Shown in pieces: positions 10,016-19,224 of a DNA stretch of 46,621 nucleotides. A program made the translations under genes and the position numbers. A model generated the notes under the pieces. It saw nothing but the letters and a program-made list of their open reading frames with translations, was not told the DNA's origin and searched no databases. Origin of the DNA: an uncultured Rickettsiales bacterium (lineage in GTDB: Bacteria > Pseudomonadota > Alphaproteobacteria > Rickettsiales > SXRF01); the NCBI GenBank assembly GCA_964519595.1, contig CAZFJN010000009.1:1-46621 (forward strand), given 5' to 3'. The stretch's first letter is position 1. Every line of letters starts with the position of its first letter.

Positions 10016-11104
10016 TTATGATTGTAAAGACAAACCTTGCAAAATCTCTTTGCGCCTGCCAACCAGATGACGATATTCTGTCGACGAAGGCTTGCCGAGA
10101 GCATGTTTGGTTTCCAGTAACTTCTTCACTATAATCCGCAGCAACTCTTTTGGATTACGTGGTAGTTCTGTGATCTTTTGTGTTGCACGTAGAACAGTAT
10201 ATGGCACGCGTAACATCTCAATCCTCTGGAGCGTATAACCATGTCCAAGAATATTATCAACGCTGGAAATCTGTGTATTATGCGGTGATTTTGCGCGATT
10301 ATGACTATATATGTTCATACATCCCTGCTTCCAGAACCACTGCATATAACCGTAAACCTGCGCGTCAGTCATTTCCTGAAACGATACCATATTAATTCCT
10401 AAATCAAGTTTTGGCAGCTCATAAGCTTGCGTGACAAAATGCGGCAGAAAAACAAAATCATAAGACGTAATATTCTGCAAGGCATTCGCTACGGTATCAT
10501 GTGAATAGATATATATCTTTGCCTCAGGAAAAAGCGTAGAAAGATACGTAGCTGAGAATATCAACGTAGGAGGAAGGTCAATAATCACATAAGTCATATT
10601 TGCTACAATTTTCTTTATCTGGTAAGCAAATCCTCCCCAGCCTGCGCCAATTTCCGCCACCACAGGCCGCGAAGGAGCTTGCTTCAACTCTGTTATCAGC
10701 CCGGCTTTATCCATCGCAATGAGTGATTCATAGAATTTCAGCGTATCCAGATTAACCAGCTCGCCGTCAATGTTATATCCAAAACCGCCAAGTTGCGGCG
10801 ATTCAGGAATCCATAATCCTGTTTTATCAATGTTTTTTAAGGCAGCAAGCTTATCAACAAACGGCTGTTTTTTGTGGTCATGATGATGACGATACACATA
10901 GCTGTGCAAACCGGTAATGTGATAGCAATGCTCGCGCAGTTTATTTATAAGTCGCGGCGAAGCTTCAAAAAGATAGTCAAATCCATCAAGCTCTTCCTGC
11001 CAGTAATCACTCGGCGCAAATATTCCGGCCATACCCTGCGCCATCATATTACACACAGCATCACGGCTACGACAGTAATTAAGGTACGCTAAAGAATTTT
11101 CCAT
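10016..11104 (-). CDS. SAM-dependent methyltransferase, probable sugar O-methyltransferase (paralog of the C-terminal half of 15606-18125)
   Basis: SAM motif 'VVAEIGAGWGGFAY'. His/Cys-rich block 'REHCYHITGLHSYVYRHHHDHK'. It aligns collinearly by eye with residues about 540-839 of the 839-aa protein. Confidence 0.6.
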   Translation of the reverse strand: MENSLAYLNYCRSRDAVCNMMAQGMAGIFAPSDYWQEELDGFDYLFEASPRLINKLREHCYHITGLHSYVYRHHHDHKKQPFVDKLAALKNIDKTGLWIPESPQLGGFGYNIDGELVNLDTLKFYESLIAMDKAGLITELKQAPSRPVVAEIGAGWGGFAYQIKKIVANMTYVIIDLPPTLIFSATYLSTLFPEAKIYIYSHDTVANALQNITSYDFVFLPHFVTQAYELPKLDLGINMVSFQEMTDAQVYGYMQWFWKQGCMNIYSHNRAKSPHNTQISSVDNILGHGYTLQRIEMLRVPYTVLRATQKITELPRNPKELLRIIVKKLLETKHALGKPSSTEYRHLVGRRKEILQGLSLQS

Positions 11105-11123
11105 GACACTTTATCTTTTTAAA

Positions 11124-12026
11124 TTATGCACAATTTTTGAAGCATAATTCCTGCAATCCCTGCTCCAGAACATCGGCGGCGACAAATCCAACTTCCCGCT
11201 TTAATCTTTCTACATCGGCAACCAGAATCGGCGGTTCATTCACAGAAGATTGCAGTGCGCCATATCGTACCTCGCCCTTGCCGATAATTGCACGAATAGT
11301 TTCTACTACATGTGCAAGTTTCACAGCCTCGCCGCTGGCTATATTTAATGTTCCATCAACATTTGACTGAAGCAACTGTGCAAAGGCGCGTCCGCAATCA
11401 CGAGCTGACATCAGATCACGTATTTGCTGACAATGTGAAACTTGTGCAAGATTTCCAGCATTAAGTGCGCGAATCACAGACGGAACAAGCCGTCCTTGTG
11501 ATTCACCTTCACCATAAAGCAGAAAAATGCGCCCCCAGGCGAAGGAAACGCCAGCATCATGACAATAAGACTGCGCGATACGGCGCAACGCATCTTTCGC
11601 CGTGCCGTAAAGAAACAGCGAGCCAAGTGGTGTTTGTTCATTGCATATACCAGAGCCAAGTTTCTGCCAATCATACTCGGCGCAACTGCCAGATACAACC
11701 AACCGCCTACCGCCAGCCTCGGCGAATGCGCGAATCAGCTTCAGGCTGGCAGCTACCCAGAATAGATTTTCCGGTGAACGCCAGAATTTTCCATGTTCAG
11801 TTATCCAGGCTAGATGCAATAACGCATCAGGTTTTATTTCTTGCATTAGCTGGCAAATATCGCCAGTGAGAATATCGCATTGATGCCAGAATACATTCGC
11901 AGGAAGAATGTCCGGTTTTTCAGCTTGTCGTCCCAGCGCATGAACCTCCATGCCATCAGCAAGCAACTCAGCCACTGCATGACGGCCAATAAATCCATGT
12001 CCTCCGGTTAACAGAACCTTTTTCAT
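11124..12026 (-). CDS. NAD(P)-dependent sugar epimerase/4-ketoreductase (extended SDR)
   Basis: Motifs 'VLLTGGHGFIGRH' and a YxxxK 'YGTAKDA'. It has a 4-nt overlap with the upstream cupin epimerase gene. Confidence 0.75.
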   Translation of the reverse strand: MKKVLLTGGHGFIGRHAVAELLADGMEVHALGRQAEKPDILPANVFWHQCDILTGDICQLMQEIKPDALLHLAWITEHGKFWRSPENLFWVAASLKLIRAFAEAGGRRLVVSGSCAEYDWQKLGSGICNEQTPLGSLFLYGTAKDALRRIAQSYCHDAGVSFAWGRIFLLYGEGESQGRLVPSVIRALNAGNLAQVSHCQQIRDLMSARDCGRAFAQLLQSNVDGTLNIASGEAVKLAHVVETIRAIIGKGEVRYGALQSSVNEPPILVADVERLKREVGFVAADVLEQGLQELCFKNCA

Positions 12027-12553
12027 GAAACAAAATCCGGATAGTTGCCGTCGCGGTCGGAAATGACTTTAGGCTGTGCAGGCCAAGCAATAGAGAAGGC
12101 CGGATCATTCCAGCGCACACCACAGGCAGCAGAAGAAACATAATTTCCGCACATCAGATAAAGTAATTCTGATCCAGCTGTTAAGGTAATAAAGCCATGC
12201 GCGATACCAGGAGCGATGTACAGACTATCGCGGTTCTCATCGTCAAGCCTTATTCCGTACCATTGTTTGAATGTTGAAGATTGCGGCCGCAGATCAACTG
12301 CCACATCATAGATTGCGCCTTTCATACAGCGTACTATTTTTGATTCCGGCGCAGCTTGCGATTGATAGTGCATACCGCGCAATGTGCCAGCCTCTGTATT
12401 ATAGGAAATGTTTATTTGCGTAAGATTTTCGTTAATCCCGTGCGCTGAAAATTCCTCTTTGCAATAGCTACGTGCGAAAAATCCTCGTGCATCTTCATGT
12501 TTATCAAGGCTGATTCGTAAAACCCCGTCAATGGTTGTAGCATGGAATTTCAT
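12023..12553 (-). CDS. NDP-4-keto-6-deoxyhexose 3,5-epimerase (RmlC-like cupin)
   Basis: Motifs 'DARGFF', 'GTLRGMHYQ', 'KIVRCMKGAIYDVAVDLR' and 'IAPGIAHGF'. Confidence 0.85.
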   Translation of the reverse strand: MKFHATTIDGVLRISLDKHEDARGFFARSYCKEEFSAHGINENLTQINISYNTEAGTLRGMHYQSQAAPESKIVRCMKGAIYDVAVDLRPQSSTFKQWYGIRLDDENRDSLYIAPGIAHGFITLTAGSELLYLMCGNYVSSAACGVRWNDPAFSIAWPAQPKVISDRDGNYPDFVS

Positions 12554-12560
12554 ATTAATT

Positions 12561-13850
12561 TCATATTATCTGCGCCGAGGGTTGTGGCGTAACAAAACGC
12601 CCTCCCCATTCCTTTATATAAGCATGTTCGGCAGTGATCTCACGCGTTAAGTTCCATGGCAAAATCAACACATAATCAGGTTTATTCTCACGCATATGTT
12701 CAGGCGCGACAATAGGAATATGCGAACCGGGCAGTAAATGCCCCTGTTTATGCGGATTTTTATCAACAGTATAAACAAGGTCATCTGTTGTAAGGCTGCA
12801 ATAGTTCAGCAAGGTATTGCCTTTTGCCGCCGCGCCATAGGCCACCACCGTTTTTCCTTCAGTTTTTGCGTTGGCAAGAAATGCTCGCAGACTTTCACGC
12901 ACCTGCCGAACCTTCTCATCGAAGGCCGTATAAGTTGCTTCATTCATAAGTCCGGCATCATGCTCCATCTGCAATATACGCTGCACTTCAGGGCTTATAT
13001 CGCGCGGAGTTCCATCGTTTAAATGTGCATATACGCGCAAAGATCCACCATGTGAAGATAATTCTTCAACATCAAATACCACAAGACCATGCGCTTTGAA
13101 CATGCGCTGTACAACTGCAAGACAGAGATAGGAAAAATGCTCATGATAGATAGTGTCAAATTGGCCATGCATAAGCAGCTGCAGTAGATGATGAAATTCC
13201 ACCGTCAATACTCCGTAAGGCTTAAGCAGCAGACGAATGCCTCCGATAAAATCATTCAGATCAGGCACATGCGCCAAAACATTGTTAGCAGCAATCAGGT
13301 CGGCTTTAAATCCTTGCTCGACAAGTTCCTTGGCGCTTTCAATTCCCATAAAGCGATTGACGGTGCGAATGCCTTTTGCATTGGCATGTTCGGCAATGTT
13401 GGTTGCTGGTTCTATACCAAGAACAGGAATAGATTCTGCCACAAAATGCTGCAGTAGATAGCCATCATTGCTGGCAACCTCAATAACCAGCGAATCACGG
13501 CTTATCACAAAACGCTCAATCATACGCACGGCATAGCGGCGCGCATGTTCAACCCAGCTGGATGAGAATGATGAAAAATACGCATAGTGCGAGAAAATTT
13601 CCGTTGGCGCGACGATACGATCCACCTGACAGAGATGGCATTTTGCACATACGCGGGCAACCAGCGGATAGGCTTTTTCCCGCGCAATATCCTGTGATCC
13701 GCGTAGGTAGTTGTTAGCAAGCGGATGATTGCCAAGATTAGTCATTAACCATGATTCGCTGCTTGCACAGAAATTGCAGCTAAACGGCAATAATTCTTCT
13801 TCGTATGTGGTGTCTATTTCTTTTATATTAGGCAACATGTTTGTTCTCAA
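12561..13850 (-). CDS. NDP-hexose C-methyltransferase (TylCIII-like, N-terminal Cys4 zinc ribbon)
   Basis: Cys pairs 'CNFCAS...CAKCHLCQ', a SAM-binding region 'VIEVASNDGYLL', and a long C-terminal domain, as in sugar 3-C-methyltransferases. Confidence 0.72.
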   Translation of the reverse strand: MRTNMLPNIKEIDTTYEEELLPFSCNFCASSESWLMTNLGNHPLANNYLRGSQDIAREKAYPLVARVCAKCHLCQVDRIVAPTEIFSHYAYFSSFSSSWVEHARRYAVRMIERFVISRDSLVIEVASNDGYLLQHFVAESIPVLGIEPATNIAEHANAKGIRTVNRFMGIESAKELVEQGFKADLIAANNVLAHVPDLNDFIGGIRLLLKPYGVLTVEFHHLLQLLMHGQFDTIYHEHFSYLCLAVVQRMFKAHGLVVFDVEELSSHGGSLRVYAHLNDGTPRDISPEVQRILQMEHDAGLMNEATYTAFDEKVRQVRESLRAFLANAKTEGKTVVAYGAAAKGNTLLNYCSLTTDDLVYTVDKNPHKQGHLLPGSHIPIVAPEHMRENKPDYVLILPWNLTREITAEHAYIKEWGGRFVTPQPSAQII

Positions 13851-14649
13851 TATCCCCGCATGATTTCTTTTCGTCCCAAATGCGCCATTTGGCCTCTTTC
13901 GATTCCCACAACGCGTTTAGCGTATTGGCATCTTTTAGCGTATCCATGCATGACCAGAATCCCTCATGCTCAAAGGCCATTAGCTCTTTGCGCGCTACCA
14001 GCGTCTCTAGTGGCTCATTTTCCCATACCGTTTCATCGCCATCGATAAGTTCAATCACTTTGCGGTTAAGCACGAAATAACCACCATTAATAAAACCACC
14101 ATCGCCGCGTGGTTTCTCGACAAACCGTTGTACTTGTGCGCCGTCCATTTCAATAGCGCCGAAACGTCCGGAAGGACGAACTGCCAGAATTGTAGCGAGT
14201 TTGCCATGCGCGTGGTGAAATTTAATTTCATCTTGAATATTCACGTTGCACACGCCGTCACCATAGGTAAGGAGAAATGTGTCATCTTTACCAGGCTCCA
14301 GATAAGGGGCAACGCGCTTGAGGCGACCACCGGTCATAGTATGTTCACCGGTTTCTACCAGCGTAATGTTCCAGTCTTCACAAGCATTATTAAAAAACTT
14401 TACCTTGTTGTTTTTAAGATCCAGCGACATATCAGAGTTATGCATGAAATAATGGTAGAAATATTCCTTTATAACGTAACCTTTGTAGCCAAGGCAAATG
14501 ATGAAGTCATTTATTCCGTATGCGGAATAAAATTTCATAATGTGCCACAAAATCGGGCGTCCACCTACCATCACCATTGGTTTAGGAATGCGTGCGCTTT
14601 CTTCCATGATGCGGGTGCCAAGCCCCCCTGCAAATATAACGGCTTTCAC
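13828..14649 (-). CDS. rfbF: Glucose-1-phosphate cytidylyltransferase
   Basis: 'MKAVIFAGGLGTRIMEESARIPKPMVMVGGRPILWHIMKFYSAYGINDFIICLGYKGY' is nearly canonical RfbF/DdhA. Its 3' end overlaps the next gene by 23 nt. Confidence 0.92.
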   Translation of the reverse strand: MKAVIFAGGLGTRIMEESARIPKPMVMVGGRPILWHIMKFYSAYGINDFIICLGYKGYVIKEYFYHYFMHNSDMSLDLKNNKVKFFNNACEDWNITLVETGEHTMTGGRLKRVAPYLEPGKDDTFLLTYGDGVCNVNIQDEIKFHHAHGKLATILAVRPSGRFGAIEMDGAQVQRFVEKPRGDGGFINGGYFVLNRKVIELIDGDETVWENEPLETLVARKELMAFEHEGFWSCMDTLKDANTLNALWESKEAKWRIWDEKKSCGDIENKHVA

Positions 14650-14667
14650 TGCTGGTTCTCCGTAGTA

Positions 14668-15591
14668 CTAGGATGTTTCTTTACGCAGCCAATTGCGAAC
14701 TTGATCATAACAATAGCGAAGTTCATGTGTTATGTTTTTCCTACCACGCGCATGATAGCTTTGGCAAGCATAATAAGTTAGCATAATCCTTGCTGGTCCT
14801 TGAGAAATAGCTGCTTTGATGCCGTCTTTCAGCAAACATAGCATGTGATAATAAACAGGCAGAAGATGCAGTCGTGGCGGGCTCTTTCCAGGTTGATAGA
14901 TAACACGATACTGCCGCCGCAGAACATTTTGGTAAACGTTTGGATCAGAGTGAGGAATATGCTCATATAAACGATACCACAATGGTTGATTGACAGAGAC
15001 GAAATCTCCCTGAAATGCCATGCGTGCCAGAAAAAGACTGTCCCAGCGTATAACAATTTCTATTGGACATTTTCGCATTGCCTCGGTGCGAAACAATCCA
15101 TAAATCAACGTGCCAGCACCAGACATTTTACACAGATATTTTACTCGCTCCTTTGTGGTCATTTCGCGTGTATCAAGGGAAAGCTGGATGCTATTAAATA
15201 TTAAAGAATCCGGAAGCAAGCAAAGGCTGAAAGGATATGCAAGGACAATTCTTTCGTCAGAAGAAATAACATCCAGCAAATCTGCCAACCAGTTAGGCTG
15301 GTAATAGTCATGCGCGCCTACCCAGGCAAAAAACTCGCCGCGAGCTTCTGCAAAGAGACGTTGAAAGTTCCATACCGCACCGCCATTATGTTCAGCAGGA
15401 AGGATACGAATACGGCTATCCATTTTCGCCAGGCGCTGCATAATAGCCATGGTGTTATCGGTTGAGCAATTATCGCCGAGCAGCAGCTCAAAATCAGTAT
15501 ATGTCTGGCCTAAAATCGTCAGCACAGTATGTTCAAGGCGCTTTTCTTCATTATAAGCAGGAAGAGCAAGCGTTACGGAAGGAGAGCGCAT
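14668..15591 (-). CDS. Family-2 glycosyltransferase
   Basis: 'VTLALPAYNEEKRLEHTVLTILGQTYTDFELLLGDNCSTDNT' is the classic GT2 N-terminus. Confidence 0.85.
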   Translation of the reverse strand: MRSPSVTLALPAYNEEKRLEHTVLTILGQTYTDFELLLGDNCSTDNTMAIMQRLAKMDSRIRILPAEHNGGAVWNFQRLFAEARGEFFAWVGAHDYYQPNWLADLLDVISSDERIVLAYPFSLCLLPDSLIFNSIQLSLDTREMTTKERVKYLCKMSGAGTLIYGLFRTEAMRKCPIEIVIRWDSLFLARMAFQGDFVSVNQPLWYRLYEHIPHSDPNVYQNVLRRQYRVIYQPGKSPPRLHLLPVYYHMLCLLKDGIKAAISQGPARIMLTYYACQSYHARGRKNITHELRYCYDQVRNWLRKETS

Positions 15592-15605
15592 TCAATGACC
15601 ACCCC

Positions 15606-18125
15606 CTACCGCAAAATGCCGGAAAAATGCCTGTATGCCGAAGTATTATTTGCCTCTTCTATGGTAGTTTTTGTTTTAGCTTTTAATTTTGTTCCTACAG
15701 TACAATACTCTGTTGGCAATACAGAAATCGGCGTGAGATCATAGCGAGTACGCATCAAATCAGAGACCAGCGATAATTCCGGATTATGATGTGAACGGTC
15801 GCGATTCAGGCTGTATAATTTCTTACATCCCACATTAGCCAGATGGTTAACATATCCGGCCACCTGTTCAGTAGTCATTTCCTGGAAAGAACACATATTT
15901 ACCGCCAGATCCAATTGCAACGGCTTAAAATCCTCAAGTTTGTTGGCAGGAATAAACACAAAATCAAATTCCTGCCAACGTTTAAACAGCTCATCATTTG
16001 GCATATCGCCCAGAATGGCAATTTTCGCATCCGGACAAGCGCCGCGTATATATGTTGTCGAGAAAATCAATGTTGCCGGAAGATCAATACAGAAAAACGT
16101 GGTATTTTTAAAAAGCGTATTAAACTGATAAGCAAAACCGCCCCAACCAGAACCAATTTCCACCACCGCCTTACGTGAAGTCTGGTCATTTTTAAATTGA
16201 GCCAGAAAATTAGCGCGATCAAGGCCAATCAGAACTTCATAAAATTTCAGTGTGTCGAGATTAATTTTACCATACGGCGATTCATATCCAAAACCTCCGC
16301 ACGCCTCTGACTCAGGAACGAAGAGATTGCTGTTATCAATGGCGCGTAGATCATTCAACCGCGCAATAAATGGCGGCGCTTTATGTGAATGATGTGTGCG
16401 GTATGTATAGCTGCGCTCGCCAGTGATATGATAGCAATGCTCCCGAATTTTTGAAACCAATATCGGTGAAGCATCAAAAAGATAATCAAATCCCATAACT
16501 TCTTCATACCAGTAGCGGCTCATTTTATAGCTGCTGACCATGGAAATAATTTTATCACGAGTGATTTTATAGAAATTATACAGTTCAGAGTTTTTTTCGC
16601 GCTCTACAGTTTGCGCGAAATTAGCAAGAACTGCTTCGATGGCGGTATCAGCTTTGTGATGACCTGCAGTTTTTGACTGTTTAGCTGACAGTGGCAGAAT
16701 CTTTGCTTTTTTGGGAGATTTTCCATTCCATGGTTTAACCAGTAAAGCTGGCTTCTTAGCAGTAACTACGGCAAGTATTTCTTTAGTCACACGCGCGCCA
16801 GCGGATTTATCTATTCCACAAGGACGCACAAATTTCTCTATGAATGAACGGCGCTTTCCTGCAAGCGGATCATCGCCGGCGCTTAGTGCCGCTATATATT
16901 GAAGTATCTCTGCTACGTTTGCAGCAACATAAAGTGTATTATTATCGCGCATACGCATAAAATGCTCTGCTTTCTCCTGCGTCAAACGATAACGTTCGAT
17001 GAGTGGAGAAATAACCGGTTTGTTCATAATTAGTGCATCAAGCATACCGGAAGTATTTAGCCCGACAACACAAGAAGCATGTGTAAGGCTATTATAGAAA
17101 TCTTTGAATGTTTCTTCACTATCTGGCAGCGTACCTTCTCGTGGCCACACACCAATGCCATTATCAAGCAATTTCAGGCCATTTTGCCAGTTTGCCGGAT
17201 GAGAACGGAATAATATCTGTGTGTTCTGCAGAGCAGAATTGCCACTGGATTTCAATGCATCATTCATATCACGTACCAGCCATGTTTCATCAGCAGCAAT
17301 ATTCGCTGAAGATCCCAAATACAGCACATAAGGACGAGCAGGATCAAGTCCAACCTGTTTACAGAACTCTTCTCGAGTTATGGCGTCTGATTGTTTGTCA
17401 AACCATTTATCAAAAAAAGGTGAGCCGACAATTACGATCTTTTTTTCTGGAATGCCATGATATTTGATGCAGTCATTACGATGACCATCATGCCATGCTA
17501 ACACTCGAGTAGGATGAATATGGAACAGACCTTTAGTAGAAGTATTGTCCCAGGATAAGACCGGAATTACAGTAGGAATTCCCATTCTTTTTGCAGCTTT
17601 AACAAGCTCAAGTTCCTGACTGTAGCGCATATTGCAAGGACTGGCGACTAACACATCCGGTTGCTTGGAATGTAGCCAACCCATAATGTTTTGATCAGGA
17701 GGAGCAAGGCGCTCAATCAATGTAAGAAATTTCCGCAGCAAAGCAGACCCCATAATCGGACGGATTTTTTTTGCTGTAACAATGTTATGCAGCTTTTTAG
17801 GAAGTTTGAGGTAATTAGCCCAACGATTGCGATAAAACTCATAATCATCACCGCGTCGGCAGTAGCTATTGTAGCTACGCAACTCGCGCAAAAAAATCAG
17901 CGGATTGCGTAATCGCCCCTTACGACCTGGAAAATACTCAATATTTACTTCAGGGTTTTTACGACGCCAGTTATCAAGCGCCGTTGTATTAGGATGACCA
18001 TAATTTGACCAGTATTCATCAAATACAATCAGCAAATCAGACTTTGAAGCTAGAATGGCATTAATGGAACTTTCGTGATAAGAAAAATGCGAGGTATTAC
18101 GGATAGCGTAGATGATTTTTGGCAT
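15606..18125 (-). CDS. Bifunctional fusion: N-terminal GT-B-like glycosyl/phosphotransferase-like domain, Lys-rich linker, C-terminal SAM methyltransferase
   Basis: 839 aa. The N-terminal half shows a Rossmann-pair pattern ('VLVASPCNMRY...IPTVIPVLSWDN', 'RSHPANW', 'VVGLNTSGMLDALIMNKPVI'). The C-terminal half has 'REHCYHITGERSYTYRTHHSHK' and 'VVEIGSGWGGFAY', paralogous to 10016-11104. Confidence 0.6.
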   Translation of the reverse strand: MPKIIYAIRNTSHFSYHESSINAILASKSDLLIVFDEYWSNYGHPNTTALDNWRRKNPEVNIEYFPGRKGRLRNPLIFLRELRSYNSYCRRGDDYEFYRNRWANYLKLPKKLHNIVTAKKIRPIMGSALLRKFLTLIERLAPPDQNIMGWLHSKQPDVLVASPCNMRYSQELELVKAAKRMGIPTVIPVLSWDNTSTKGLFHIHPTRVLAWHDGHRNDCIKYHGIPEKKIVIVGSPFFDKWFDKQSDAITREEFCKQVGLDPARPYVLYLGSSANIAADETWLVRDMNDALKSSGNSALQNTQILFRSHPANWQNGLKLLDNGIGVWPREGTLPDSEETFKDFYNSLTHASCVVGLNTSGMLDALIMNKPVISPLIERYRLTQEKAEHFMRMRDNNTLYVAANVAEILQYIAALSAGDDPLAGKRRSFIEKFVRPCGIDKSAGARVTKEILAVVTAKKPALLVKPWNGKSPKKAKILPLSAKQSKTAGHHKADTAIEAVLANFAQTVEREKNSELYNFYKITRDKIISMVSSYKMSRYWYEEVMGFDYLFDASPILVSKIREHCYHITGERSYTYRTHHSHKAPPFIARLNDLRAIDNSNLFVPESEACGGFGYESPYGKINLDTLKFYEVLIGLDRANFLAQFKNDQTSRKAVVEIGSGWGGFAYQFNTLFKNTTFFCIDLPATLIFSTTYIRGACPDAKIAILGDMPNDELFKRWQEFDFVFIPANKLEDFKPLQLDLAVNMCSFQEMTTEQVAGYVNHLANVGCKKLYSLNRDRSHHNPELSLVSDLMRTRYDLTPISVLPTEYCTVGTKLKAKTKTTIEEANNTSAYRHFSGILR

Positions 18126-18204
18126 AGAACACTCAAATAAGTTAAACTGTAAATAATATCAAAATACTGCCCCCTCCTAACCTTTAGAAGAACTGTCTAG
18201 CAAA

Positions 18205-19221
18205 TTATAAAACAGGAATAAGTAGCAGTTGAAAAATTTGTCGCTGCCCGGGAGTTTTGAAAATGCTGCCACGGTGGATACCATCAGGATTGAACAATAA
18301 AAGATCACCGCGATCTGTGCCGTAAATTTCTTCATGCGCTAGCAATTTTCTTGTTCTATCATCTGATGTGATAAGATCATTTCCAAAATTAGCCTTTTTC
18401 TGATATTCCTTTGGTAACGCTGCAAAAAATTTACGTCGCTCAACAACATTAATAGTATCCATTCCGCTTTTATCATTTGCTTTTCGAATAGCAAATTCCT
18501 CAGGATCACACATGCGATAACTACCCGGCAGGTAACGGAACGCACCAGTATTCTCATCGCAGTAATCAGAGCGGTAAATAATAACTTTCAGTGCCTCGAT
18601 GGTCGAATCGACATGCATGTAAAAAGTTTCAGATCGTTTGCCGTCCTCAAAGCAGCATGTTGAAAGAATGCCTGCATCATCATCCTGATTAATTTGCAGA
18701 ACGACAAATTTCATCTGATAGCCGATGCCTTTATAATCGCGACAAAGGTCGTATACGCCATGCTCTTGCAATAATGTATCAAAGAAACTATAAACAGAAT
18801 CCTGTTTGTTATCAAATCGGCATAATATAGAGCAAACACCCTCTACGCCGCGATCTTCCGGCTTCATAGTAAGCCGCTTCGCAATTAAATCCTGTGCGGC
18901 TTTTTCAGTCAGATCAAGCATCCTTTTTCGCGTATCCGGGTTAAGCCGTATGCCAACAATTCCGTCTTCCTGTAAGTTATTAGCAAGCGGTCTTAATTTT
19001 CTGGAAAGCTGACCTTCGTCTTTTTTGATTTCTGAGAAACGTTTTTGCTGTGCCAACATCTTATTGTAATGCTCATTAAACATTGCCAACGCCTTCTGAT
19101 TATCTTCCGGCGTCAGCTGCTTGGACAGCTCAACGTAATAAGGATGATTTTCATAGTCAATTTCAGGAAAAAGCGTTTCAACCACAGTAGGCTGAAACCA
19201 TTTTCTGGCAAAATTAAGCAT
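18205..19221 (-). CDS. Hypothetical protein, possible Fe(II)/2-oxoglutarate (PhyH-like) dioxygenase
   Basis: 338 aa. HxD 'MHVDS', 'GAFRYLPGSYR' and a distal His 'NPDGIHRGS', spaced as in PhyH-type facial triads. This is a weak motif-level call. Confidence 0.4.
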   Translation of the reverse strand: MLNFARKWFQPTVVETLFPEIDYENHPYYVELSKQLTPEDNQKALAMFNEHYNKMLAQQKRFSEIKKDEGQLSRKLRPLANNLQEDGIVGIRLNPDTRKRMLDLTEKAAQDLIAKRLTMKPEDRGVEGVCSILCRFDNKQDSVYSFFDTLLQEHGVYDLCRDYKGIGYQMKFVVLQINQDDDAGILSTCCFEDGKRSETFYMHVDSTIEALKVIIYRSDYCDENTGAFRYLPGSYRMCDPEEFAIRKANDKSGMDTINVVERRKFFAALPKEYQKKANFGNDLITSDDRTRKLLAHEEIYGTDRGDLLLFNPDGIHRGSIFKTPGQRQIFQLLLIPVL

Positions 19222-19224
19222 ATA

